DNA of 64,000 nucleotides from a virus: positions 70,721 to 134,720 of the IMG/VR virus record IMGVR_UViG_3300028588_000015, one strand, 5' to 3'. Numbering within the stretch: the stretch's first letter is position 1; the number at the start of each line of letters is the position of its first letter. The translations under genes and the position numbers were made by a program. Positions 1 to 10,400 of this stretch are shown here, one piece after another. Below the pieces are notes generated by a model. It was not told where the DNA came from. It saw nothing but the letters and a program-made list of their open reading frames with translations, and did not search any database.

Positions 1-367
1 GGTTGCTTCCCGAGCACGTAACAACAGTGAGTTCATGTCAGTCGAGCGTGAAAATGGCATGAACAATGTGCGGTTCAGCAGTAAACCCATTACGTCCAAT
101 GCCTACGTTGAGTACTCCAAGTTGGCCGAGCGTAATGGCGCCTACTTCTCGATGCGGTGGGAACACTCGGACCAATCCTTGATTGTACCCGGCATGGTCG
201 TCAAAATCCTGTACTTGGATGGCGAGGAAATCAAAACCTTGTTCGGGTCACTCGTGAAGGTTCACCATTACGACCAGATGGCAGGAGCAGGTTACACCAA
301 CACACGCTACTACAGCCATTCAGTCCTGGTGTTTTTCGTTGAGCGTTCATTGCCCGACGAGACGTAA
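1..367 (+). CDS. 3' end of a probable virion structural protein (begins upstream of the window)
   Basis: Frame open from the window edge to TAA at 367; followed by a strong hairpin; sits ahead of tail genes. Confidence 0.55.
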   Translation, partial: VASRARNNSEFMSVERENGMNNVRFSSKPITSNAYVEYSKLAERNGAYFSMRWEHSDQSLIVPGMVVKILYLDGEEIKTLFGSLVKVHHYDQMAGAGYTNTRYYSHSVLVFFVERSLPDET

Positions 368-403
368 TAAAGGAGAGGGGAACCCCCTCTCCTTTATATG
401 CCG
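367..403. terminator. Hairpin with TTTATATGCCG tail
   Basis: ATAAAGGAGAGGGG-AAC-CCCCTCTCCTTTAT perfect inverted repeat. Confidence 0.75.
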
Positions 404-473
404 TGTATAAATGACCCAAGTAAAAATCTATTTTATGCCTGATTACCTTTTCCGTTCACCTTTTTTCTAAAGG

Positions 474-1001
474 ATGATTGACATGCTCAATCAAGAAAAG
501 CTTTTGGTGGCATTGAATGCTTTGAATTCTCCTCCAGAGCCACTTACGCTGGACAGTGTGACGTTCATGCCACCCGTGCCCTATATTGGCGCAGACCCAT
601 GCAATACCAAGATCAGTGTTGTCGCAAAGCCTGCAAAAGGTTATTCGAGTACGCTAGATTTTTATTACCATCGCATTAGTTTGACGGAAATGGGTAAGCT
701 GGAGTTTTCTTCCATGCAGCCTTACACCGTCGACAATTTGTTATTGATTCTTAATAACATGAACGCGGCGCCGCTTGACAAGACTGCTGAATTGGCGCTG
801 ACCGATTTGGAAGCGATTAAGTTACCGCAGTTTGCCGCGATCGGCGACGCACAAACGCTGGCAATCAAAGCGCACTCTGACTCGATTGGTTGGGTCGGTG
901 AAACCGAGATGCTGCTGGCATTCAATTTGCCAGACGTGTCTCGTCTCGAAATATTGTACAATGAAATATTGCCCGCTATCTTTCCTGCGGCTTCTTCTTA
1001 A
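474..1001 (+). CDS. phiKZ-like virion structural protein, paralog of 15703..16233
   Basis: NT.I.V.A...G....[FW]Y.RI.L motif shared with 15703..16233; tail gene context. Confidence 0.65.
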   Translation: MIDMLNQEKLLVALNALNSPPEPLTLDSVTFMPPVPYIGADPCNTKISVVAKPAKGYSSTLDFYYHRISLTEMGKLEFSSMQPYTVDNLLLILNNMNAAPLDKTAELALTDLEAIKLPQFAAIGDAQTLAIKAHSDSIGWVGETEMLLAFNLPDVSRLEILYNEILPAIFPAASS

Positions 1002-1013
1002 AGGGATTTTTTC

Positions 1014-1484
1014 ATGTCCACCGTAACAGAAAGTATTCAGGCGATTATCGATGTCAGTGCCATTGCCGATAAATGGGCCAATGGCTCGGCCAGTGAAACT
1101 GTGCAGACGAAAGCCGGTTCAATCAAAACATTGGCGGGGATCACTAATAGCGTTGTCGATGATTTGCTGTCGGTGCTGAGTGGCACCAGTAACTCGCAAG
1201 TCGTACTGTCAACTGGGGTCAAAACCTTTTTGACCCAACCCAATAAAGGCTTTAAAGCAGGGATGCTGATCTCGGCCACTGCGCCGGATGGCAGCTACAT
1301 GTCGGGCACGGTGATCAGTTACGGCGTCAACACGCTCGTCATGAACGTTACCGCCAACAAAGGCAGCGGCACTTACAGCAGCTGGCAACTGACCTTCAGT
1401 GGACCGGCGGGTAACAGCCCTGAACCAATTCCGGACAACCTCGGTGTTGCCCCGACGTTTGTCACTAAGCTTCCTTGGGAGTGA
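1014..1484 (+). CDS. Tail fibre-associated protein
   Basis: ETVQTKAGSIKTLAG N-terminus and YMSGTVISY...GSGTYSSW module typical of tail fibre proteins. Confidence 0.55.
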   Translation: MSTVTESIQAIIDVSAIADKWANGSASETVQTKAGSIKTLAGITNSVVDDLLSVLSGTSNSQVVLSTGVKTFLTQPNKGFKAGMLISATAPDGSYMSGTVISYGVNTLVMNVTANKGSGTYSSWQLTFSGPAGNSPEPIPDNLGVAPTFVTKLPWE

Positions 1485-1486
1485 TT

Positions 1487-3325
1487 ATGGCCACAAATAT
1501 TAAGCAAGTTACCCAAGCCCATCAGGGTGTGTTTTTCCCTCTGCGCGGCGATATGGGGATTGCTCTCGATTTTATTCCGACAGACGGATTCGATGTGGGA
1601 TTTGTTACCCACACCGATGAAGAATTCACCCTGACGAGTTCAGTTTCTCAAATCCGGCAACAAGACGGCACCCTTGCATCCGAGCTTGTAGTGGGCGGTC
1701 ACGTAATGTTGTCGTTTATGTTGATTTACAACGCAGAAGACAATATCTGGGAAATCACTCTCAACAACGTGGCGGTGCAGTCTTCAAATGACAATGGTGC
1801 CACCGGCGCCGGCAATCGTCCCGAGATGCTGTTGGAACCAGATGAAACCAATACCATCACCCCCGATGGTTTGATTTCCAATCGTTTTCGTTTTGTGATG
1901 CGATCCGATACGAAAATTGGTGACCCCATAAACTACACCAGTGCCGAACATCTTTATTTTACGGGTCACCAAGACGAAGTGGGAAATCGTAAACTGGAAT
2001 TTGCTCGGTCGATGTTGCTGCTCGACGCGCTGCCGTATACTCCCCCTGCGGTACCAAAGGCGATATTCGTCATGGAAATGCGGCCCACTGTCAACGTTGA
2101 CGACGGGTCGTTGAACTGGACAGTAAACGGCTCGCCTGATAAGGCATCGCGTGGTTTTGCCATGATCACTGAACTGGTACAAATTGGTGACAAAACGTAT
2201 TACACCGTTGCCAGCGCATTCGGTCCGGCGTATAACAACCTCCAAAATGGTGAAACTGCCATCATTCTCCGTAATGGCCGCGCCGCTGAAGCCACAGGCA
2301 CCTTGGTGGGTACCGCAGGTGCAGTGTACTATATCTACGGCGTCCCGGTGCCCGCCAATGGCGCAGACCAACGACCGGTGCTTGAATTGTTGCAGACCGA
2401 CTTTAGTTCGGGTGGTGCAAACCGACCAGCCTTCGGCAAAGCACTTCTGAACTTGGAGGGTTCTGGCACCACTTACGTACGTGACCTGAAAGTCACCGGT
2501 GCCCGTAATGACAGCAGCGATGCACGTGGTATTTGCCACAATGATTCGGGCATGAAGTTGGTGACGAACAATGTGGAAATTGCAAACTGCAACAACGGCA
2601 TTCTGACAGGCAATGCCGCCACTTGCGGCGACACGGAAATGTACGACAGCATGATCACCAAGTGCGGTATCGGCGGTCCAGCGCCCGATGACCCAGCGCA
2701 TGGCTATACCACAGTTGGTTTTACGCACAGCGTCTATTTCGGACATAACCCATCCACTGTCAGGATGGCTCGAGTATCGTTGCTCGACGCTGTCCAAGGC
2801 AACAATCTGAAGTGCCGCAGTGCCAGACTGTATGCCACCCAGATCGTCTGTACTGGCGCCAGTTTGGGTCGTGAGTTGGAACTCCCTAACGGTGGCTGGG
2901 CAGAAATCGACAATTCGATTTTCTGGAAAAAGAATCAAGAAGGCACCGGTAACCTGGCCATGGTTGGTGGTAACGGGCAAGGCGTGAATATGGGTGAAGG
3001 CTTGGACACGACGCGTCCCCGCAAATACAAGTTCACCAACGTTCTGTTCCGCAGCGATTACGTCCTCAATGGCCGCGATGGCATGTTGGTGTGTAACCTC
3101 GATCATGAAGTGCCTCTCGAATTTATCGACTGCGACTTTCAAGGTCCAGCTGTTACCAACAACAGCAATGACCCGAATGAACAACCCCTGTACGCTGGTA
3201 CGACCACGGTAAATGGCATTCGTTACAAACCGAGCGCACCACCGGTGTACACTTACACGGGGGGTCCTATCGGCCCAGTGTTGACGCCAGGCGCTACTGT
3301 CCTTCCAATGACCCCGATTAACTGA
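1487..3325 (+). CDS. Tail spike / receptor-binding protein with right-handed beta-helix (pectin-lyase-like) C-terminal domain
   Basis: NNGILTG, HSVYFG, GNNLKCRS and RELELPNGG motifs of beta-helix proteins; N-terminal PLRGDM module shared with the next gene. Confidence 0.65.
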   Translation: MATNIKQVTQAHQGVFFPLRGDMGIALDFIPTDGFDVGFVTHTDEEFTLTSSVSQIRQQDGTLASELVVGGHVMLSFMLIYNAEDNIWEITLNNVAVQSSNDNGATGAGNRPEMLLEPDETNTITPDGLISNRFRFVMRSDTKIGDPINYTSAEHLYFTGHQDEVGNRKLEFARSMLLLDALPYTPPAVPKAIFVMEMRPTVNVDDGSLNWTVNGSPDKASRGFAMITELVQIGDKTYYTVASAFGPAYNNLQNGETAIILRNGRAAEATGTLVGTAGAVYYIYGVPVPANGADQRPVLELLQTDFSSGGANRPAFGKALLNLEGSGTTYVRDLKVTGARNDSSDARGICHNDSGMKLVTNNVEIANCNNGILTGNAATCGDTEMYDSMITKCGIGGPAPDDPAHGYTTVGFTHSVYFGHNPSTVRMARVSLLDAVQGNNLKCRSARLYATQIVCTGASLGRELELPNGGWAEIDNSIFWKKNQEGTGNLAMVGGNGQGVNMGEGLDTTRPRKYKFTNVLFRSDYVLNGRDGMLVCNLDHEVPLEFIDCDFQGPAVTNNSNDPNEQPLYAGTTTVNGIRYKPSAPPVYTYTGGPIGPVLTPGATVLPMTPIN

Positions 3326-3371
3326 TCCACACTGGGTACGTCAATGTACCCAGTGTGTTTGGAGTGTATAC

Positions 3372-4757
3372 ATGGCACAAAACACATACGCAGTGACTGC
3401 GACTGACAATCAAAAGCGCATTCCCTTGCGTGGCGATATGGATGTTGCATTGAACACCGAGCAATTGCCCACTTTCATGGTGCAATTTATCACGTCTGAC
3501 TTTGGTTTTTTCAAGTTCAAAACCACCCTCGGTATCCTGGATTTCGCGGGCAATGTTGTCAGTGAAATTTCCATTGGTGGGCGCCCCAATACCTACGTGG
3601 AGCTGATGTACGACGCCAGTAAATCACTGTGGCGCATTACTGGATCGAACGTTCCTGTCCCACGACGTTTCGCCCCTAAATATCCGTGGGAACTCGATAT
3701 TCTCGCGTCGGTCACGCTGACCGCCACACCGCTTTCCCGCGCGACGGCCGGGGATATTGTGTTGCGGGCAAATGTATTTTCCTTACTGCCAATTGCCAAG
3801 GTCGAATTCTTCTGCGATAACCTGTTGATTGACACGGATGTTTTGCCGCCGTACACGGGCAAGGACACCGTCAATTATACCCACAACGGCAACCGTGTCT
3901 ATACCGCAAAGGTTACAACCTTGCTCGGCATCACGGCTACCAGTGATCCGGTGATTGTGACGGTGAACATTGCAGCGCCACCGGTGCCCGATACCACACC
4001 GCCCACTGTGGCCTTGAGTGCATCGCGCACAAGTGTTACGAGCGCTGGCACGGTCAAACTGACTGCGACGGCGAGTGATGACCGAGCAGTGAGCCGCGTT
4101 GAGATCCTGCGGGGCGCTGCGGTGGTGGCCAATCTTACAGCGCCACCCTACACGCTGGACCAACTGTTCTCTTTGGCTGAGAATGGCACCATCAGCTACA
4201 GCGCACGTGCGTACGATGCGGCCAACAATGTCGGGCAAAGTAATGTTGTCGACGTCGTGGTCAACATTGCGCCGCCGGTTCAAGTGACGCAGATGGTGAT
4301 CGACCCTGTGACTTTGGCCGAGATGTCAACCGCAGCCCTTGCGACAGCACTGGGTCCTAATCGTACTGAACGCCGTGCGGCAGTGGCCCAAGCCGTGATC
4401 GATGCATTCAAGCCGACTTATGTTCTCTATGTCTATCGCAATGGCGCTACCGTCTTTACCGTCCAGTTTGACAGCAGCTTGACCGTGGTAACCGAAGGCG
4501 TGGGTACGAATGCCGAAGTCTATATTGGCCTTGGCGACATCGTCAGCGGCCAGGCGGCCGTTGCTGCGGATATTAACACCGGCGCGTGGACGTTCTTGCT
4601 CGCTGGCGGTGCCGATGCCCAGCGCACCATCGCAGGTACGGTGGGTCCTGACGGGTCCGGCAAGAACATCACCCTGAGTGGGTCACCGTTTGTGGGTCAG
4701 GAATTTGACGCCACCGTGATGTTCCGGATCGATCGTTCCACTGACGGCCTGGCGTAA
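3372..4757 (+). CDS. Virion/tail protein with two Ig-like (Big-type) domains
   Basis: DTTPPTVAL...ATASDD.AVSRVE...PPY...ARAYDAANNVGQS Ig-like motif present twice. Confidence 0.7.
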   Translation: MAQNTYAVTATDNQKRIPLRGDMDVALNTEQLPTFMVQFITSDFGFFKFKTTLGILDFAGNVVSEISIGGRPNTYVELMYDASKSLWRITGSNVPVPRRFAPKYPWELDILASVTLTATPLSRATAGDIVLRANVFSLLPIAKVEFFCDNLLIDTDVLPPYTGKDTVNYTHNGNRVYTAKVTTLLGITATSDPVIVTVNIAAPPVPDTTPPTVALSASRTSVTSAGTVKLTATASDDRAVSRVEILRGAAVVANLTAPPYTLDQLFSLAENGTISYSARAYDAANNVGQSNVVDVVVNIAPPVQVTQMVIDPVTLAEMSTAALATALGPNRTERRAAVAQAVIDAFKPTYVLYVYRNGATVFTVQFDSSLTVVTEGVGTNAEVYIGLGDIVSGQAAVAADINTGAWTFLLAGGADAQRTIAGTVGPDGSGKNITLSGSPFVGQEFDATVMFRIDRSTDGLA

Positions 4758-4781
4758 CGCTTACCAAAAAAAGGATTGTTC

Positions 4782-7415
4782 ATGACCATCAAGACTGACC
4801 GCGTAACCTCCAATGAGTTGCGCAAAATTCCCACCCAGAAAGGGCAAGCCGAACACCTTGCCCAAGTGTTCGGTAACAGCCGTGTCTTTGTTATCCGCCA
4901 AGATACTTCTCCAACCGCCAAGTTTCCGATGCTGACTGGCGTCGAGAAAATCAACATCACCAACACGGGCGCCCTCGAAATTAAAGCGGGCGCAGTATCG
5001 AACTTCGGCGTGCTGGCCACTGTCAACAAGTTTACCGCATTCGACGTCAGTGTCGGTAAAAGTGTGTTGCGTGTCTCGGGCAATGGCCGCTTTTATCAAG
5101 GCACGATTGGCACCACGCCCGATTGTGACTTTGTGGTGCCATTCAAGAACTTCGACCCAACCAACGGTTTGGCGTTTGACGAAAGCGCTACACTCAGTGC
5201 TTACATGTACCGACCTTCAGGTACCGGTACACCGGCGCCTGATCGTACCGACGACATGGCGTACTCAGTCGAAATCTACAACCACAGTCAAGGCGGTAAG
5301 GTCACACTTGACTGCACACTGACGATCGACACACGCGATGAAAACGTCGTGTTCGAAGACAAGGATCAAGCCCGTAACATCGGCGACACCGCCATGTACC
5401 GCACATCGCAGGATGTGCAGTGGGGCAAGGTCGGCGTAGGGGCTACGCTGCTCATTTCTGACAAAAGCAACAGCGAGTCGGGTTTGGCGCCCTTGCAAGA
5501 ACTCATTATCAATTTCGCCCGCAATGGTGCTTGGGTGTCCTACCCATTCACCACCACGTACCTGCGCAACCTGATGACCATGACCTTGCCGCCGTTCAAG
5601 GCTATTTTGCGCAATCGGCGTGGTGAAATTCTCAACATCTTCCAGATGCACGGTGGCGAGGCCATTAACGATATGGCGTTGTTTTCGGGTAATCTTGCCC
5701 ACGGCGGCCGTACCGAAGTGCGCCCCCTTCAGCCGCGTTTCAATTGCGCAATGGCTTTGTTCTGGGAAAGCGATCGGCCGGCACTGAATGACATGTACGA
5801 CACGTACATGCCTGGGTTGGATCAATTCCGTGAATCGATGTGCAAAAACCAGTCGAGTTTTACGGAAACTGAACCATTGATCACCGGTGGTTATGGCGGT
5901 AACTCGCTCAATGGCTCGAACCACATGTACTATGCAGGCCGTTGGCCAGAAGCCAATGTTTACAAACTAATCAATGACCCGTTCCTGGATGATTTCATGA
6001 ACTCCAACGGTAGCTCAGCCTACCGCGCCGGTTGGATTAAAGGGTACGATGGCTCTGAACCTGGTGCGTATGCCGGCAGCAACTGGTACACGTCCCCTGG
6101 CGGTCCGCGTCCAGACCGATCGGTGTACCCATCGGTACTGGCCCTGTGGTTGGACAACCTCAATGGTGTACGCACACAAGACAATGTCCCCTACAAGGAC
6201 ATGGCGCATGGTTTCTATCGTGGACTGTATAACCACAGCAACCATTTCATGAATAACGCCAGTACCATGGAAGGCATCAACAAGAACGATTTGTTGTATG
6301 ACCGCGTCACGGCTGAAAATACCTACTACGGCAACGATCCGCGTTCAATCGGGGTATCGTTCAATGGCGACCAGCGCGATGGCACCGGTTCCTGGAATAT
6401 GGACATCGATGGCGACATGATCATGTCCGGTTGGGCCCGCGATCCACTGCACGATCACGCACAGCGCGGTATGTTTGGTATGCATGTCCGTAGTCCGGCA
6501 TATGCACTCTGGGGGCGCTTTGACACCATGAGCGCCATGATGCTGCACCAGTTCCCTGAAACGGGTGTGCGGGGTCAATACATGATCCGTACCATGGCTT
6601 GGCAGTGGTTCCAAATGCTGGTGGCGTGGAAGAATGCTACCAAACATGCCCGTGGTTTCTCGCGTGCTGAAATGGAAGCGTATTGGGTGCGGATGCTCGA
6701 AGGGGTGTACAAATACCATTACAAACCCGTTCACATCGACATGGAAGACTCGGGTTATGCACGCGGTGTTCGTAACCTCGGTATTGCCCTGCGTCAGCAT
6801 GACAATGGCTATGGTTGGGCTGACCCGGGCGGTAAGCTCGGTTATTACATGGCATGGACGCTGCAACTCATGAAGCAAACCGGCCTCTGGCATACCTTGA
6901 TCGCCAAGAACGAGCGTTGCTCGCTGGCTTTGCATGGGCTGGTGCGCGACATGGACACCCATTGCTTCGGTCTGATGACGCAAGCCAATGGCGCTGTCCC
7001 TGGCAATTACCTGTACATCCCTGGTTGGCCGTCATTGGATGTGATTCCCGTGAGCTGGCCGGCATGGTATGCAGAGCACCTCAAAGACCCGGTGGGTGAC
7101 AATGACTGGATCTACCGAAGCGGGTATAACGACGATGGTAGTGAGTACCACCGCCGCTACGAACCGAACCAAGATATTGCGTGGAACCACTTCGAGGCAT
7201 ATGCACGGATGCGCAAAAACTTCTTCCCGGAAATCGTGCACCCGCTGATGGACCAAGCGATCTCGGAATTCGATCGTTACCGTGCAGATGTTACCGGTCG
7301 CGTCAACGCGGCTGCCACACCCACCGAGAAGCGAAACATGGACTACCCGTTCCGCTCAGCCGGGATTTGCCCGGTCAAGCCACCGGCACCCGGTAAGTTA
7401 CGCATGCAGGCATAG
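4782..7415 (+). CDS. Large putative virion/tail-associated protein with an aromatic-rich C-terminal domain, possibly glycan-active
   Basis: 877-aa ORF in the tail cluster; W/Y/H-rich C-terminal half; no family recognised. Confidence 0.5.
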   Translation: MTIKTDRVTSNELRKIPTQKGQAEHLAQVFGNSRVFVIRQDTSPTAKFPMLTGVEKINITNTGALEIKAGAVSNFGVLATVNKFTAFDVSVGKSVLRVSGNGRFYQGTIGTTPDCDFVVPFKNFDPTNGLAFDESATLSAYMYRPSGTGTPAPDRTDDMAYSVEIYNHSQGGKVTLDCTLTIDTRDENVVFEDKDQARNIGDTAMYRTSQDVQWGKVGVGATLLISDKSNSESGLAPLQELIINFARNGAWVSYPFTTTYLRNLMTMTLPPFKAILRNRRGEILNIFQMHGGEAINDMALFSGNLAHGGRTEVRPLQPRFNCAMALFWESDRPALNDMYDTYMPGLDQFRESMCKNQSSFTETEPLITGGYGGNSLNGSNHMYYAGRWPEANVYKLINDPFLDDFMNSNGSSAYRAGWIKGYDGSEPGAYAGSNWYTSPGGPRPDRSVYPSVLALWLDNLNGVRTQDNVPYKDMAHGFYRGLYNHSNHFMNNASTMEGINKNDLLYDRVTAENTYYGNDPRSIGVSFNGDQRDGTGSWNMDIDGDMIMSGWARDPLHDHAQRGMFGMHVRSPAYALWGRFDTMSAMMLHQFPETGVRGQYMIRTMAWQWFQMLVAWKNATKHARGFSRAEMEAYWVRMLEGVYKYHYKPVHIDMEDSGYARGVRNLGIALRQHDNGYGWADPGGKLGYYMAWTLQLMKQTGLWHTLIAKNERCSLALHGLVRDMDTHCFGLMTQANGAVPGNYLYIPGWPSLDVIPVSWPAWYAEHLKDPVGDNDWIYRSGYNDDGSEYHRRYEPNQDIAWNHFEAYARMRKNFFPEIVHPLMDQAISEFDRYRADVTGRVNAAATPTEKRNMDYPFRSAGICPVKPPAPGKLRMQA

Positions 7416-7428
7416 CTGAATCAACAGC

Positions 7429-7463
7429 GCCAAGGCGGCTATTGTTCGCCGCCTTGGCTTTTT
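7429..7463 (+). terminator. Intrinsic terminator
   Basis: GCCAAGGCGGC...GCCGCCTTGGC followed by TTTTT. Confidence 0.75.
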
Positions 7464-7491
7464 AAAGAATATATTAACGAGGCATAAACAC

Positions 7492-10400
7492 ATGAGCGAT
7501 CCTGTATACAGCACACCAATGGGTGATCCGACTCGTTTGCGTGAGTTGGTGAAGGTGGTAGAAAGTGGCGCCGCCCCGACCTGGGTGTATACGCCTGACA
7601 GTGGTGCGGATGCACCGGCCTACGGTCAGGGTGGACTTTTCCCAAGTTTTATCAAGGCCGGCACCGATGGCTCCATCGCGGTGCGCTTCACCGGTTTTCA
7701 AAACGCCACCATTGCGTTCATTTCCGACAAGACCAAGCGTTGGGATGGTGCGACGCCGTGGCGGATCGATACGTACCAAGCGGGGCACGCCTATAAGCCT
7801 GTACTGTACGGTAACTATCTGACCGATGGCCCAAATGTCAATGCGGAAGGCGGCGACATCGTACAAATGCGCCGCACCGGCACGACGGTTTATGCAGAAG
7901 TGTCGAAAGACAATGGCGCCACCTGGATCAACATTTACACTTGGCCGAATGTTGATCCGGACATGGATCTGTACGGTGAAGTGGGCGTGTTCTATTGGAT
8001 GAGCCGCGCTGAGGGGGTATGGGCCAAAGGCTTGGATTCCCAAGTCAATCCAGTCGCGCCCACGCCCCCTGTGCTTGCTTCGGCCATTGCCTCAAACGTC
8101 GCCGGCATGGGACGGGTGGTGCTCAATTTCAATGAACCCATCGACAAGAGCAAGATTCCGGACAAGTCGGCGTTCAGTGTATCAGGGCATACCGTCGCTG
8201 CGGCTACGAATATGGCAAGCTTGGCAAACGCTATCGCTCTCGACGTCACGGGTTTGATTGCCTTGGGTGAGGTTGTCACGGTCACCTACGTTGCGCCAGC
8301 CACCAACAGCATTATCGACCTCGACGGCACGCCCGGTAACAGCTTTGGCCCAGTGGTGGCAATCAATAACGTACCGCGCCCGCTTGGTGTTCGCCGACGC
8401 CTCGGTTATGTGCCGCCCGGTATCGCAGAAGGCGGGGTGGCGCCAAATTGGACCTATGCCAATACCGATGGCAATTACACGACCTGGGCCAACACTGCCC
8501 AGGCACTGAATCGCATGCCAGCAGGTCGCGATGGATCGTTCGAACTTGTCATTGGCAACTACGCCAATGGTTCGTTCATTGGCCTCACGGCAAGTTCCCA
8601 AGTCAACACGCTCCCTGAATATTCTCTGAATATTTACCAGTTCGGCTACCCCTACACACTGTCTGCCGGTAGCGATGCGGCAGCAGTTGCTGTTTTGGCG
8701 GCGCCCGGCGATATCTGTCGTATGCGTCGTTTGGGTAACCGCATTTATGCAGAAGTGTCGAAAGACAATGGCGACAGTTACACGGTGGTTGGCACCTGGT
8801 CGAACACACCCCAAGTTGATCTGTACGGCGAAGTTTCGTTGGCCTTCAATACGAACATCAGTGCAGTTTATAGCACTGGTTTCGTGGCAGCGACGGCTTA
8901 CGACGTGTTTGTCGATAAAGCCCGAGACTTGGATCTGCGCGGAAAAAGCTGGACAGCAGAACAAGTCAGTTATCTGAACACTTCGGTTGCCACCTTGGCG
9001 CCGGATGGCAGTGGCGGGTTGTACAAGCAATCCAATGCAGCCACCCTCGGTCTGGCGTGGACGCAGCGTAACGAGGACGCTGGTTCGGCGGTTTTCTTCA
9101 CGCACGATGGCGGTAGTTACGCTGCCATTCCGCAATTGGTGGTGGCCAGCAACTTGCTGGAAACTTATACCGACGGTATCCGATGCTCGTTCACTGACGG
9201 TGGATTCTTGCTGGAAGAAATCACCAATGGTGCCGTAGGCGCCATGGTTTCCAATACGCTCGCCTTGGTGGCGGGCGAAAAGTATTGTTTGGAAATTGGC
9301 CAAGCCGATACGGTCAGTGACAAAGATTTTGTTTTGCGTATCAGCACCGTGGTCGCAGGTGAGCGCGGTTTGCTGGTGGCATACGCCTTGCTCAATGCGC
9401 GAAACGCTCATCCGGGTAAGAACGCAGGGCTGCTGTCGAGCGCGGTCGATAGCGCTTTCGATACCGTCACGCGGATCGAAACGCTGGCGCAGACAATCCC
9501 CGTGCGGATGGTCCCATCAAAGCTGCTCATCGAGGCGGCCTCGAATCAAGTGACGCAAGGATTTTCGCAACGTTTGACGGTACGGACTGACCAGTCTCTG
9601 GCGGCTTTTGAAAGCGTGGAAGTCAATATCACCGACAACGCTGGTGGCCAATTTGATGTGGCCAACTTCACGCTCTCGGGTACCAACCAGCTCCAGCAGG
9701 TTAACTGGCGGCCGAGCAACGTGATCGGTGCCCGTACGCTCACGGCCCAGCAAGTCACCGGTCTTGACGTGGACGACGGTTCGCTGCATTTCGAAGTGAC
9801 CGTACCGATTCCGGCCAGCGCACTTGTTTACACCGGCGAAAAGGAAGTCGAACTAGGAAAGACGCTGAAGTTTGTGCTGTCTACCAACCAGCCACTGCTG
9901 GTGGGCGACACCGAAGCCTACACCGTGTCCCTCGTCGGTACTGGCAGTGTGGCACCAATGTCCGGTACCCTGAACAATGGGGACCTCAGTCAGGAACTGG
10001 AATTCACACCGCAAACGGTGGGTGTGACGAAGATTAAGTTCACCCCCATGGGTTCGCCTGTCCTTCCGGCCTTGGAAGTGCAAGTGACGGTGAAGCCCCG
10101 TTCACCGACGTTTGTCAAGGGTATCAACGTCTACGAAGTCGGCATTGGTCACCAGTTTGCAACTGCCAAACAGGCGTCCGCCTACATCGCCGACAAGAAG
10201 TTGGTCGATACCCAGGCAAAAGTCTATTTTGAGTACTACGGTGATCATTATTTTGATACCGACTTTGTTGCGGGTAACACCAGCCAAGAGTACAACATCA
10301 CTCACCGGCCGGCTGCGGGTGAAGGTTACCTGGACAAAGCTACTTCAGGTTTGTTCCATTATCCGGATGCTGGTACTGAGTTAACCTTCCCGGGTTCGTA

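Noticed and set aside
1784..3184. Long antisense ORFs (also 8182..9411, 36756..37691, 52260..53567, 61418..62200)
   Set aside because: Shadow frames of genuine genes with biased codon use.
7889..8773. Diversity-generating retroelement TR/VR pair
   Set aside because: Repeat is short, both copies are coding, differences are not adenine-specific, and no reverse transcriptase is in the window.
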